NCBI GenBank assembly: GCA_964057225.1
Contig: OZ059898.1
Coordinates: 18,166,001 to 18,230,000 of the forward strand
DNA length: 64,000 nucleotides
Direction of reading: 5' to 3'
DNA from: Auanema rhodensis
Lineage: Eukaryota > Animalia > Nematoda
Shown: positions 38,959 to 54,052 of the stretch, piece after piece
Numbering within the stretch: position 1 is the stretch's first letter
Layout of the letters: each line of letters begins with the position of its first letter
Program-made: the position numbers and the translations under genes
The notes under the pieces: generated by a model
Told to the model about the DNA's origin: nothing
The model's database searches: none
What the model saw: only the letters and a program-made list of their open reading frames with translations

Positions 38959-41900
38959 ATTTTCACCCTGAAGAATTAATTTTTTTGTTGAATAACATTG
39001 TCCATCGTCTTTGCCTTGAAAAAAGGAATCTAAAAACATCTACATTTTGCTAAATTATTTTGAAATTTTTTGAAAAAATTTTTGTCAAAATGTTTTTGGA
39101 AGCAATGTTGAGTGTACATGGAAACTCAACATACACTAATGCATCATTTTTCAAACGATCATAACTAATTTTTGTATAAAGCGTTTCTCAATGTAGTATA
39201 GTGCATTCGATGCGGATTTTTAAGCTGCGTCGATCTGTGTTATCAGATTTGCGCTAGCTTAAAAATGCACCGAGATATCAACTGATATAAGTTCACACTT
39301 ATATCCTCGATTTTCACCCTGAAGAATTAATTTTTTCGTTGAAAAACATTTTCCATCGTGTTTGCCTTGAAAAAAGGAATCTAAAAACATCTACTTTTTG
39401 CTAAATTATTTTGAAATTTTTCGAAAAAATTTTTGTCAAAATGTTTTTGGAAGCAATGTTGAGTGTACATGGAAACTCAACATACACTAATGCATCATTT
39501 TTCAAACGATCATAACTAATTTTTGTATTAAGCGTTTCTCAATGTAGTATAGTGCATTCGATGCGGATTTTTAAGCTGCGTCGATCTGTGTTATCAGATT
39601 TGCGCTAGCTTAAAAATGCACCGAGATATCAACTGATATAAGTTCACACTTATTTCCTCGATTTTCACCCTGAAGAATTAATTTTTTCGTTGAATAACAT
39701 TGTCCATCGTCTTTGCCTTGAAAAAAGGAATCTAAAAACATCTACTTTTTGCTAAATTATTTTGAAATTTTTTGAAAAAATTTTTGTCAAAATGTTTTTG
39801 GAAGCAATGTTGAGTGTACATGGAAACTCAACATACACTAATGCATCATTTTTCAAACGATCATAACTAATTTTTGTATTAAGCGTTTCTCAATGTAGTA
39901 TAGTGCATTCGATGCGGATTTTTAAGCTGCGTCGATCTGTGTTATCAGATTTGCGCTAGCTTAAAAATGCACCGAGATATCAACTGATATAAGTTCACAC
40001 TTATTTCCTCGATTTTCACCCTGAAGAATTAATTTTTTCGTTGAATAACATTGTCCATCGTCTTTGCCTTGAAAAAAGGAATCTAAAAACATCTACTTTT
40101 TGCTAAATTATTTTGAAATTTTTTGAAAAAATTTTTGTCAAAATGTTTTTGGAAGCAATGTTGAGTGTACATGGAAACTCAACATACACTAATGCATCAT
40201 TTTTCAAACGATCATAACTAATTTTTGTATTAAGCGTTTCACAATGTAGTATAGTGCATTCGATGCGGATTTTTAAGCTGCGTCGATCTGTGTTATCAGA
40301 TTTGCGCTAGCTTAAAAATGCACCGAGATATCAACTGATATAAGTTCACACTTATATCCTCGATTTTCACCCTGAAGAATTAATTTTTTCGTTGAATAAC
40401 ATTGTCCATCGTCTTTGCCTTGAAAAAAGGAATCTAAAAACATCTACTTTTTGCTAAATTATTTTGAAATTTTTTGAAAAAATTTTTGTCAAAATGTTTT
40501 TGGAAGCAATGTTGAGTGTACATGGAAACTCAACATACACTAATGCATCATTTTTCAAACGATCATAACTAATTTTTGTATTAAGCGTTTCTCAAAGTAG
40601 TATAGTGCATTCGATGCGGATTTTTAAGCTGCGTCGATCTGTGTTATCAGATTTGCGCTAGCTTAAAAATGCACCGAGATATCAACTGATATAAGTTCAC
40701 ACTTATATCCTCGATTTTCACCCTGAAGAATTAATTTTTTTGTTGAATAACATTGTCCATCGTCTTTGCCTTGAAAAAAGGAATCTAAAAACATCTACTT
40801 TTTGCTAAATTATTTTGAAATTTTTTGAAAAAATTTTTGTCAAAATGTTTTTGGAAGCAATGTTGAGTGTACATGGAAACTCAACATACACTAATGCATC
40901 ATTTTTCAAACGATCATAACTAATTTTTGTATAAAGCGTTTCTCAATGTAGTATAGTGCATTCGATGCGGATTTTTAAGCTGCGTCGATCTGTGTTATCA
41001 GATTTGCGCTAGCTTAAAAATGCACCGAGATATCAACTGATATAAGTTCACACTTATATCCTCGATTTTCACCCTGAAGAATTAATTTTTTCGTTGAATA
41101 ACATTGTCCATCGTCTTTGCCTTGAAAAAAGGAATCTAAAAACATCTACTTTTTGCTAAATTATTTTGAAATTTTTTGAAAAAATTTTTGTCAAAATGTT
41201 TTTGGAAGCAATGTTGAGTGTACATGGAAACTCAACATACACTAATGCATCATTTTTCAAACGATCATAACTAATTTTTGTATAAAGCGTTTCTCAATGT
41301 AGTATAGTGCATTCGATGCGGATTTTTAAGCTGCGTCGATCTGTATTATCAGATTTGCGCTAGCTTAAAAATGCACCGAGATATCAACTGATATAAGTTC
41401 ACACTTATATCCTCGATTTTCACCCTGAAGAATTAATTTTTTTGTTGAATAACATTGTCCATCGTCTTTGCCTTGAAAAAAGGAATCTAAAAACATCTAC
41501 ATTTTGCTAAATTATTTTGAAATTTTTTGAAAAAATTTTTGTCAAAATGTTTTTGGAAGCAATGTTGAGTGTACATGGAAACTCAACATACACTAATGCA
41601 TCATTTTTCAAACGATCATAACTAATTTTTGTATAAAGCGTTTCTCAATGTAGTATAGTGCATTCGATGCGGATTTTTAAGCTGCGTCGATCTGTGTTAT
41701 CAGATTTGCGCTAGCTTAAAAATGCACCGAGATATCAACTGATATAAGTTCACACTTATATCCTCGATTTTCACCCTGAAGAATTAATTTTTTCGTTGAA
41801 AAACATTTTCCATCGTGTTTGCCTTGAAAAAAGGAATCTAAAAACATCTACTTTTTGCTAAATTATTTTGAAATTTTTCGAAAAAATTTTTGTCAAAATG

Positions 41901-44900
41901 TTTTTGGAAGCAATGTTGAGTGTACATGGAAACTCAACATACACTAATGCATCATTTTTCAAACGATCATAACTAATTTTTGTATTAAGCGTTTCTCAAT
42001 GTAGTATAGTGCATTCGATGCGGATTTTTAAGCTGCGTCGATCTGTGTTATCAGATTTGCGCTAGCTTAAAAATGCACCGAGATATCAACTGATATAAGT
42101 TCACACTTATTTCCTCGATTTTCACCCTGAAGAATTAATTTTTTTGTTGAATAACATTGTCCATCGTCTTTGCCTTGAAAAAAGGAATCTAAAAACATCT
42201 ACTTTTTGCTAAATTATTTTGAAATTTTTTGAAAAAATTTTTGTCAAAATGTTTTTGGAAGCAATGTTGAGTGTACATGGAAACTCAACATACACTAATG
42301 CATCATTTTTCAAACGATCATAACTAATTTTTGTATTAAGCGTTTCTCAATGTAGTATAGTGCATTCGATGCGGATTTTTAAGCTGCGTCGATCTGTGTT
42401 ATCAGATTTGCGCTAGCTTAAAAATGCACCGAGATATCAACTGATATAAGTTCACACTTATTTCCTCGATTTTCACCCTGAAGAATTAATTTTTTCGTTG
42501 AATAACATTGTCCATCGTCTTTGCCTTGAAAAAAGGAATCTAAAAACATCTACTTTTTGCTAAATTATTTTGAAATTTTTTGAAAAAATTTTTGTCAAAA
42601 TGTTTTTGGAAGCAATGTTGAGTGTACATGGAAACTCAACATACACTAATGCATCATTTTTCAAACGATCATAACTAATTTTTGTATTAAGCGTTTCACA
42701 ATGTAGTATAGTGCATTCGATGCGGATTTTTAAGCTGCGTCGATCTGTGTTATCAGATTTGCGCTAGCTTAAAAATGCACCGAGATATCAACTGATATAA
42801 GTTCACACTTATATCCTCGATTTTCACCCTGAAGAATTAATTTTTTCGTTGAATAACATTGTCCATCGTCTTTGCCTTGAAAAAAGGAATCTAAAAACAT
42901 CTACTTTTTGCTAAATTATTTTGAAATTTTTTGAAAAAATTTTTGTCAAAATGTTTTTGGAAGCAATGTTGAGTGTACATGGAAACTCAACATACACTAA
43001 TGCATCATTTTTCAAACGATCATAACTAATTTTTGTATTAAGCGTTTCTCAAAGTAGTATAGTGCATTCGATGCGGATTTTTAAGCTGCGTCGATCTGTG
43101 TTATCAGATTTGCGCTAGCTTAAAAATGCACCGAGATATCAACTGATATAAGTTCACACTTATATCCTCGATTTTCACCCTGAAGAATTAATTTTTTTGT
43201 TGAATAACATTGTCCATCGTCTTTGCCTTGAAAAAAGGAATCTAAAAACATCTACTTTTTGCTAAATTATTTTGAAATTTTTTGAAAAAATTTTTGTCAA
43301 AATGTTTTTGGAAGCAATGTTGAGTGTACATGGAAACTCAACATACACTAATGCATCATTTTTCAAACGATCATAACTAATTTTTGTATAAAGCGTTTCT
43401 CAATGTAGTATAGTGCATTCGATGCGGATTTTTAAGCTGCGTCGATCTGTGTTATCAGATTTGCGCTAGCTTAAAAATGCACCGAGATATCAACTGATAT
43501 AAGTTCACACTTATATCCTCGATTTTCACCCTGAAGAATTAATTTTTTTGTTGAATAACATTGTCCATCGTCTTTGCCTTGAAAAAAGGAATCTAAAAAC
43601 ATCTACATTTTGCTAAATTATTTTGAAATTTTTTGAAAAAATTTTTGTCAAAATGTTTTTGGAAGCAATGTTGAGTGTACATGGAAACTCAACATACACT
43701 AATGCATCATTTTTCAAACGATCATAACTAATTTTTGTATAAAGCGTTTCTCAATGTAGTATAGTGCATTCGATGCGGATTTTTAAGCTGCGTCGATCTG
43801 TGTTATCAGATTTGCGCTAGCTTAAAAATGCACCGAGATATCAACTGATATAAGTTCACACTTATATCCTCGATTTTCACCCTGAAGAATTAATTTTTTC
43901 GTTGAAAAACATTTTCCATCGTGTTTGCCTTGAAAAAAGGAATCTAAAAACATCTACTTTTTGCTAAATTATTTTGAAATTTTTCGAAAAAATTTTTGTC
44001 AAAATGTTTTTGGAAGCAATGTTGAGTGTACATGGAAACTCAACATACACTAATGCATCATTTTTCAAACGATCATAACTAATTTTTGTATTAAGCGTTT
44101 CTCAATGTAGTATAGTGCATTCGATGCGGATTTTTAAGCTGCGTCGATCTGTGTTATCAGATTTGCGCTAGCTTAAAAATGCACCGAGATATCAACTGAT
44201 ATAAGTTCACACTTATTTCCTCGATTTTCACCCTGAAGAATTAATTTTTTCGTTGAATAACATTGTCCATCGTCTTTGCCTTGAAAAAAGGAATCTAAAA
44301 ACATCTACTTTTTGCTAAATTATTTTGAAATTTTTTGAAAAAATTTTTGTCAAAATGTTTTTGGAAGCAATGTTGAGTGTACATGGAAACTCAACATACA
44401 CTAATGCATCATTTTTCAAACGATCATAACTAATTTTTGTATTAAGCGTTTCTCAATGTAGTATAGTGCATTCGATGCGGATTTTTAAGCTGCGTCGATC
44501 TGTGTTATCAGATTTGCGCTAGCTTAAAAATGCACCGAGATATCAACTGATATAAGTTCACACTTATTTCCTCGATTTTCACCCTGAAGAATTAATTTTT
44601 TCGTTGAATAACATTGTCCATCGTCTTTGCCTTGAAAAAAGGAATCTAAAAACATCTACTTTTTGCTAAATTATTTTGAAATTTTTTGAAAAAATTTTTG
44701 TCAAAATGTTTTTGGAAGCAATGTTGAGTGTACATGGAAACTCAACATACACTAATGCATCATTTTTCAAACGATCATAACTAAGTTTTGTATTAAGCGT
44801 TTCACAATGTAGTATAGTGCATTCGATGCGGATTTTTAAGCTGCGTCGATCTGTGTTATCAGATTTGCGCTAGCTTAAAAATGCACCGAGATATCAACTG

Positions 44901-47900
44901 ATATAAGTTCACACTTATATCCTCGATTTTCACCCTGAAGAATTAATTTTTTCGTTGAATAACATTGTCCATCGTCTTTGCCTTGAAAAAAGGAATCTAA
45001 AAACATCTACTTTTTGCTAAATTATTTTGAAATTTTTTGAAAAAATTTTTGTCAAAATGTTTTTGGAAGCAATGTTGAGTGTACATGGAAACTCAACATA
45101 CACTAATGCATCATTTTTCAAACGATCATAACTAATTTTTGTATTAAGCGTTTCTCAAAGTAGTATAGTGCATTCGATGCGGATTTTTAAGCTGCGTCGA
45201 TCTGTGTTATCAGATTTGCGCTAGCTTAAAAATGCACCGAGATATCAACTGATATAAGTTCACACTTATATCCTCGATTTTCACCCTGAAGAATTAATTT
45301 TTTTGTTGAATAACATTGTCCATCGTCTTTGCCTTGAAAAAAGGAATCTAAAAACATCTACTTTTTGCTAAATTATTTTGAAATTTTTTGAAAAAATTTT
45401 TGTCAAAATGTTTTTGGAAGCAATGTTGAGTGTACATGGAAACTCAACATACACTAATGCATCATTTTTCAAACGATCATAACTAATTTTTGTATAAAGC
45501 GTTTCTCAATGTAGTATAGTGCATTCGATGCGGATTTTTAAGCTGCGTCGATCTGTGTTATCAGATTTGCGCTAGCTTAAAAATGCACCGAGATATCAAC
45601 TGATATAAGTTCACACTTATATCCTCGATTTTCACCCTGAAGAATTAATTTTTTCGTTGAATAACATTGTCCATCGTCTTTGCCTTGAAAAAAGGAATCT
45701 AAAAACATCTACTTTTTGCTAAATTATTTTGAAATTTTTTGAAAAAATTTTTGTCAAAATGTTTTTGGAAGCAATGTTGAGTGTACATGGAAACTCAACA
45801 TACACTAATGCATCATTTTTCAAACGATCATAACTAATTTTTGTATTAAGCGTTTCTCAATGTAGTATAGTGCATTCGATGCGGATTTTTAAGCTGCGTC
45901 GATCTGTGTTTTTCAGATTTGCGCTAGCTTAAAAATGCACCGAGATATCAACTGATATAAGTTCACACTTATATCCTCGATTTTCACCCTGAAGAATTAA
46001 TTTTTTCGTTGAATAACATTGTCCATCGTCTTTGCCTTGAAAAAAGGAATCTAAAAACATCTACATTTTGCTAAATTATTTTGAAATTTTTTGAAAAAAT
46101 TTTTGTCAAAATGTTTTTGGAAGCAATGTTGAGTGTACATGGAAACTCAACATACACTAATGCATCATTTTTCAAACGATCATAACTAATTTTTGTATAA
46201 AGCGTTTCTCAATGTAGTATAGTGCATTCGATGCGGATTTTTAAGCTGCGTCGATCTGTGTTATCAGAGTTGCGCTAGCTTAAAAATGCACCGAGATATC
46301 AACTGATATAAGTTCACACTTATATCCTCGATTTTCACCCTGAAGAATTAATTTTTTCGTTGAAAAACATTTTCCATCGTGTTTGCCTTGAAAAAAGGAA
46401 TCTAAAAACATCTACTTTTTGCTAAATTATTTTGAAATTTTTCGAAAAAATTTTTGTCAAAATGTTTTTGGAAGCAATGTTGAGTGTACATGGAAACTCA
46501 ACATACACTAATGCATCATTTTTCAAACGATCATAACTAATTTTTGTATTAAGCGTTTCTCAATGTAGTATAGTGCATTCGATGCGGATTTTTAAGCTGC
46601 GTCGATCTGTGTTATCAGATTTGCGCTAGCTTAAAAATGCACCGAGATATCAACTGATATAAGTTCACACTTATTTCCTCGATTTTCACCCTGAAGAATT
46701 AATTTTTTCGTTGAATAACATTGTCCATCGTCTTTGCCTTGAAAAAAGGAATCTAAAAACATCTACTTTTTGCTAAATTATTTTGAAATTTTTTGAAAAA
46801 ATTTTTGTCAAAATGTTTTTGGAAGCAATGTTGAGTGTACATGGAAACTCAACATACACTAATGCATCATTTTTCAAACGATCATAACTAATTTTTGTAT
46901 TAAGCGTTTCTCAATGTAGTATAGTGCATTCGATGCGGATTTTTAAGCTGCGTCGATCTGTGTTATCAGATTTGCGCTAGCTTAAAAATGCACCGAGATA
47001 TCAACTGATATAAGTTCACACTTATTTCCTCGATTTTCACCCTGAAGAATTAATTTTTTCGTTGAATAACATTGTCCATCGTCTTTGCCTTGAAAAAAGG
47101 AATCTAAAAACATCTACTTTTTGCTAAATTATTTTGAAATTTTTTGAAAAAATTTTTGTCAAAATGTTTTTGGAAGCAATGTTGAGTGTACATGGAAACT
47201 CAACATACACTAATGCATCATTTTTCAAACGATCATAACTAATTTTTGTATTAAGCGTTTCACAATGTAGTATAGTGCATTCGATGCGGATTTTTAAGCT
47301 GCGTCGATCTGTGTTATCAGATTTGCGCTAGCTTAAAAATGCACCGAGATATCAACTGATATAAGTTCACACTTATATCCTCGATTTTCACCCTGAAGAA
47401 TTAATTTTTTCGTTGAATAACATTGTCCATCGTCTTTGCCTTGAAAAAAGGAATCTAAAAACATCTACTTTTTGCTAAATTATTTTGAAATTTTTTGAAA
47501 AAATTTTTGTCAAAATGTTTTTGGAAGCAATGTTGAGTGTACATGGAAACTCAACATACACTAATGCATCATTTTTCAAACGATCATAACTAATTTTTGT
47601 ATTAAGCGTTTCTCAAAGTAGTATAGTGCATTCGATGCGGATTTTTAAGCTGCGTCGATCTGTGTTATCAGATTTGCGCTAGCTTAAAAATGCACCGAGA
47701 TATCAACTGATATAAGTTCACACTTATATCCTCGATTTTCACCCTGAAGAATTAATTTTTTTGTTGAATAACATTGTCCATCGTCTTTGCCTTGAAAAAA
47801 GGAATCTAAAAACATCTACTTTTTGCTAAATTATTTTGAAATTTTTTGAAAAAATTTTTGTCAAAATGTTTTTGGAAGCAATGTTGAGTGTACATGGAAA

Positions 47901-50191
47901 CTCAACATACACTAATGCATCATTTTTCAAACGATCATAACTAATTTTTGTATAAAGCGTTTCTCAATGTAGTATAGTGCATTCGATGCGGATTTTTAAG
48001 CTGCGTCGATCTGTGTTATCAGATTTGCGCTAGCTTAAAAATGCACCGAGATATCAACTGATATAAGTTCACACTTATATCCTCGATTTTCACCCTGAAG
48101 AATTAATTTTTTCGTTGAATAACATTGTCCATCGTCTTTGCCTTGAAAAAAGGAATCTAAAAACATCTACTTTTTGCTAAATTATTTTGAAATTTTTTGA
48201 AAAAATTTTTGTCAAAATGTTTTTGGAAGCAATGTTGAGTGTACATGGAAACTCAACATACACTAATGCATCATTTTTCAAACGATCATAACTAATTTTT
48301 GTATAAAGCGTTTTTCAATGTAGTATAGTGCATTCGATGCGGATTTTTAAGCTGCGTCGATCTGTGTTATCAGATTTGCGCTAGCTTAAAAATGCACCGA
48401 GATATCAACTGATATAAGTTCACACTTATATCCTCGATTTTCACCCTGAAGAATTAATTTTTTTGTTGAATAACATTGTCCATCGTCTTTGCCTTGAAAA
48501 AAGGAATCTAAAAACATCTACATTTTGCTAAATTATTTTGAAATTTTTTGAAAAAATTTTTGTCAAAATGTTTTTGGAAGCAATGTTGAGTGTACATGGA
48601 AACTCAACATACACTAATGCATCATTTTTCAAACGATCATAACTAATTTTTGTATAAAGCGTTTCTCAATGTAGTATAGTGCATTCGATGCGGATTTTTA
48701 AGCTGCGTCGATCTGTGTTATCAGAGTTGCGCTAGCTTAAAAATGCACCGAGATATCAACTGATATAAGTTCACACTTATATCCTCGATTTTCACCCTGA
48801 AGAATTAATTTTTTCGTTGAAAAACATTTTCCATCGTGTTTGCCTTGAAAAAAGGAATCTAAAAACATCTACTTTTTGCTAAATTATTTTGAAATTTTTC
48901 GAAAAAATTTTTGTCAAAATGTTTTTGGAAGCAATGTTGAGTGTACATGGAAACTCAACATACACTAATGCATCATTTTTCAAACGATCATAACTAATTT
49001 TTGTATTAAGCGTTTCTCAATGTAGTATAGTGCATTCGATGCGGATTTTTAAGCTGCGTCGATCTGTGTTATCAGATTTGCGCTAGCTTAAAAATGCACC
49101 GAGATATCAACTGATATAAGTTCACACTTATATCCTCGATTTTCACCCTGAAGAATTAATTTTTTCGTTGAATAACATTGTCCATCGTCTTTGCCTTGAA
49201 AAAAGGAATCTAAAAACATCTACTTTTTGCTAAATTATTTTGAAATTTTTTGAAAAAATTTTTGTCAAAATGTTTTTGGAAGCAATGTTGAGTGTACATG
49301 GAAACTCAACATACACTAATGCATCATTTTTCAAACGATCATAACTAATTTTTGTATTAAGCGTTTCTCAAAGTAGTATAGTGCATTCGATGCGGATTTT
49401 TAAGCTGCGTCGATCTGTGTTATCAGATTTGCGCTAGCTTAAAAATGCACCGAGATATCAACTGATATAAGTTCACACTTATATCCTCGATTTTCACCCT
49501 GAAGAATTAATTTTTTTGTTGAATAACATTGTCCATCGTCTTTGCCTTGAAAAAAGGAATCTAAAAACATCTACTTTTTGCTAAATTATTTTGAAATTTT
49601 TTGAAAAAATTTTTGTCAAAATGTTTTTGGAAGCAATGTTGAGTGTACATGGAAACTCAACATACACTAATGCATCATTTTTCAAACGATCATAACTAAT
49701 TTTTGTATAAAGCGTTTCTCAATGTAGTATAGTGCATTCGATGCGGATTTTTAAGCTGCGTCGATCTGTGTTATCAGATTTGCGCTAGCTTAAAAATGCA
49801 CCGAGATATCAACTGATATAAGTTCACACTTATATCCTCGATTTTCACCCTGAAGAATTAATTTTTTCGTTGAATAACATTGTCCATCGTCTTTGCCTTG
49901 AAAAAAGGAATCTAAAAACATCTACTTTTTGCTAAATTATTTTGAAATTTTTTGAAAAAATTTTTGTCAAAATGTTTTTGGAAGCAATGTTGAGTGTACA
50001 TGGAAACTCAACATACACTAATGCATCATTTTTCAAACGATCATAACTAATTTTTGTATAAAGCGTTTTTCAATGTAGTATAGTGCATTCGATGCGGATT
50101 TTTAAGCTGCGTCGATCTGTGTTATCAGATTTGCGCTAGCTTAAAAATGCACCGAGATATCAACTGATATAAGTTCACACTTATATCCTCG
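38959..50191. repeat. HOR domain with 7/6/7/7/5-monomer units
   Basis: CTACATTT monomers start at 38959, 41416, 43522, 45980 and 48437. TTCACAAT marker at 40241, 42698, 44804 and 47262, each followed by a CAAAGT monomer. CAGAGTT is shared at ~46269 and ~48726. Confidence 0.88.
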
Positions 50192-53100
50192 ATTTTCACC
50201 CTGAAGAATTAATTTTTTTGTTGAATAACATTGTCCATCGTCTTTGCCTTGAAAAAAGGAATCTAAAAACATCTACTTTTTGCTAAATTATTTTGAAATT
50301 TTTTGAAAAAATTTTTGTCAAAATGTTTTTGGAAGCAATGTTGAGTGTACATGGAAACTCAACATACACTAATGCATCATTTTTCAAACGATCATAACTA
50401 ATTTTTGTATTAAGCGTTTCTCAATGTAGTATAGTGCATTCGATGCGGATTTTTAAGCTGCGTCGATCTGTGTTATCAGATTTGCGCTAGCTTAAAAATG
50501 CACCGAGATATCAACTGATATAAGTTCACACTTATATCCTCGATTTTCACCCTGAAGAATTAATTTTTTTGTTGAATAACATTGTCCATCGTCTTTGCCT
50601 TGAAAAAAGGAATCTAAAAACATCTACTTTTTGCTAAATTATTTTGAAATTTTTTGAAAAAATTTTTGTCAAAATGTTTTTGGAAGCAATGTTGAGTGTA
50701 CATGGAAACTCAACATACACTAATGCATCATTTTTCAAACGATCATAACTAATTTTTGTATTAAGCGTTTCTCAAAGTAGTATAGTGCATTCGATGCGGA
50801 TTTTGAAGCTGCGTCGATCTGTGTTATCAGATTTGCGCTAGCTTAAAAATGCACCGAGATATCAACTGATATAAGTTCACACTTATATCCTCGATTTTCA
50901 CCATGAAGAATTAATTTTTTTGTTGAATAACATTGTCCATCGTCTTTGCCTTGAAAAAAGGAATCTAAAAACATCTACTTTTTGCTAAATTATTTTGAAA
51001 TTTTTTGAAAAAATTTTTTTCAAAATGTTTTTGGAAGCAATGTTGAGTGTACATGGAAACTCAACATACACTAATGCATCATTTTTCAAACGATCATAAC
51101 TAATTTTTGTATAAAGCGTTTCTCAATGTAGTATAGTGCATTCGATGCGGATTTTTAAGCTGCGTCGATCTGTGTTATCAGATTTGCGCTAGCTTAAAAA
51201 TGCACCGAGATATCAACTGATATAAGTTCACACTTATATCCTCGATTTTCACCCTGAAGAATTAATTTTTTCGTTGAATAACATTGTCCATCGTCTTTGC
51301 CTTGAAAAAAGGAATCTAAAAACATCTACTTTTTGCTAAATTATTTTGAAATTTTTTGAAAAAATTGTTGTCAAAATGTTTTTGGAAGCAATGTTGAGTG
51401 TACATGGAAACTCAACATACACTAATGCATCATTTTTCAAACGATCATAACTAATTTTTGTATAAAGCGTTTTTCAATGTAGTATAGTGCATTCGATGCG
51501 GATTTTTAAGCTGCGTCGATCTGTGTTATCAGATTTGCGCTAGCCTAAAAATGCACCGAGATATCAACTGATATAAGTTCACACTTATATCCTCGATTTT
51601 CACCCTGAAGAATTAATTTTTTTGTTGAATAACATTGTCCATCGTCTTTGCCTTGAAAAAAGGAATCTAAAAACATCTACTTTTTGCTAAATTATTTTGA
51701 AATTTTTTGAAAAAATTTTTGTCAAAATGTTTTTGGAAGCAATGTTGAGTGTACATGGAAACTCAACATACACTAATGCATCATTTTTCAAACGATCATA
51801 ACTAATTTTTGTATAAAGCGTTTTTCAATGTAGTATAGTGCATTCGATGCGGATTTTTAAGCTGCGTCGATCTGTGTTATCAGATTTGCGCTAGCTTAAA
51901 AATGCACCGAGATATCAACTGATATAAGTTCACACTTATATCCTCGATTTTCACCCTGAAGAATTAATTTTTTCGTTGAAAAACATTGTCCATCGTGTTT
52001 GCCTTGAAAAAAGAAATCTAAAAACATCTACTTTTTGCTAAATTATTTTGAAATTTTTCGAAAAAATTTTTGTCAAAATGTTTTTGGAAGCAATGTTGAG
52101 TGTACATGGAAACTCAACATACACTAATGCATCATTTTTCAAACGATCATAACTAATTTTTGTATTAAGCGTTTCTCAATGTAGTATAGTGCATTCGATG
52201 CGGATTTTTAAGCTGCGTCGATCTGTGTTATCAGATTTGCGCTAGCTTAAAAATGCACCGAGATATCAACTGATATAAGTTCACACTTATTTCCTCGATT
52301 TTCACCCTGAAGAATTAATTTTTTCGTTGAATAACATTGTCCATCGTCTTTGCCTTGAAAAAAGGAATCTAAAAACATCTTCTTTTTGCTAAATTATCTT
52401 GAAATTTTTTGAAAAAATTTTTGTCAAAATGTTTTTGGAAGCAATGTTGAGTGTACATGGAAACTCAACATACACTAATGCATCATTTTTCAAACGATCA
52501 TAACTAATTTTTGTATAAAGCGTTTTTCAATGTAGTATAGTGCATTCGATGCGGATTTTTAAGCTGCGTCGATCTGTGTTATCAGATTTGCGCTAGCTTA
52601 AAAATGCACCGAGATATCAACTGATATAAGTTCACACTTATTTCCTCGATTTTCACCCTGAAGAATTAGTTTTTTCGTTGAATAACATTGTCCATCGTCT
52701 TTGCCTTGAAAAAAGGAATCTAAAAACATCTACTTTTTGCTAAATTATTTTGAAATTTTTTGAAAAAATTTTTGTCAAAATGTTTTTGGAAGCAATGTTG
52801 AGTGTACATGGAAACTCAACATACACTAATGCATCATTTTTCAAACGATCATAACTAATTTTTGTATAAAGCGTTTCTCAATGTAGTATAGTGCATTCGA
52901 TGCGGATTTTTAAGCTGCGTCGATCTGTGTTATCAGATTTGCGCTAGCTTGAAAATGCACCGAGATATCAACTGATATAAGTTCACACTTATTTCCTCGA
53001 TTTTCACCCTGAAGAATTAATTTTTTCGTTGAATAACATTGTCCATCGTCTTTGCCTTGAAAAAAGGAATCTAAAAACATCTTCTTTTTGCTAAATTATT

Positions 53101-54052
53101 TTGAAATTTTTTGAAAAAATTTTTGTCAAAATGTTTTTGGAAGCAATGTTGAGTGTACATGGAAACTCAACATACACTAATGCATCATTTTTCAAACGAT
53201 CATAACTAATTTTTGTATAAAGCGTTTCTCAATGTAGTATAGTGCATTCGATGCGGATTTTTAAGCTGCGTCGATCTGTATTATCAGATTTGCGCTAGCT
53301 TAAAAATGCACCGAGATATCAACTGATATAAGTTCACACTTATATCCTCGATTTTCACCCTGAAGAATTAATTTTTTTGTTGAATAACATTGTCCATCGT
53401 CTTTGCCTTGAAAAAAGGAATCTAAAAACATCTACATTTTGCTAAATTATTTTGAAATTTTTTGAAAAAATTTTTGTCAAAATGTTTTTGGAAGCAATGT
53501 TGAGTGTACATGGAAACTCAACATACACTAATGCATCATTTTTCAAACGATCATAACTAATTTTTGTATAAAGCGTTTCTCAATGTAGTATAGTGCATTC
53601 GATGCGGATTTTTAAGCTGCGTCGATCTGTGTTATCAGATTTGCGCTAGCTTAAAAATGCACCGAGATATCAACTGATATAAGTTCACACTTATTTCCTC
53701 GATTTTCACCCTGAAGAATTAATTTTTTCGTTGAATAACATTGTCCATCGTCTTTGCCTTGAAAAAAGGAATCTAAAAACATCTACTTTTTGCTAAATTA
53801 TTTTGAAATTTTTTGAAAAAATTTTTGTCAAAATGTTTTTGGAAGCAATGTTGAGTGTACATGGAAACTCAACATACACTAATGCATCATTTTTCAAACG
53901 ATCATAACTAATTTTTGTATAAAGCGTTTCTCAATGTAGTATAGTGCATTCGATGCGGATTTTTAAGCTGCGTCGATCTGTGTTATCAGATTTGCGCTAG
54001 CTTAAAAATGCACCGAGATATCAACTGATATAAGTTCACACTTATTTCCTCG

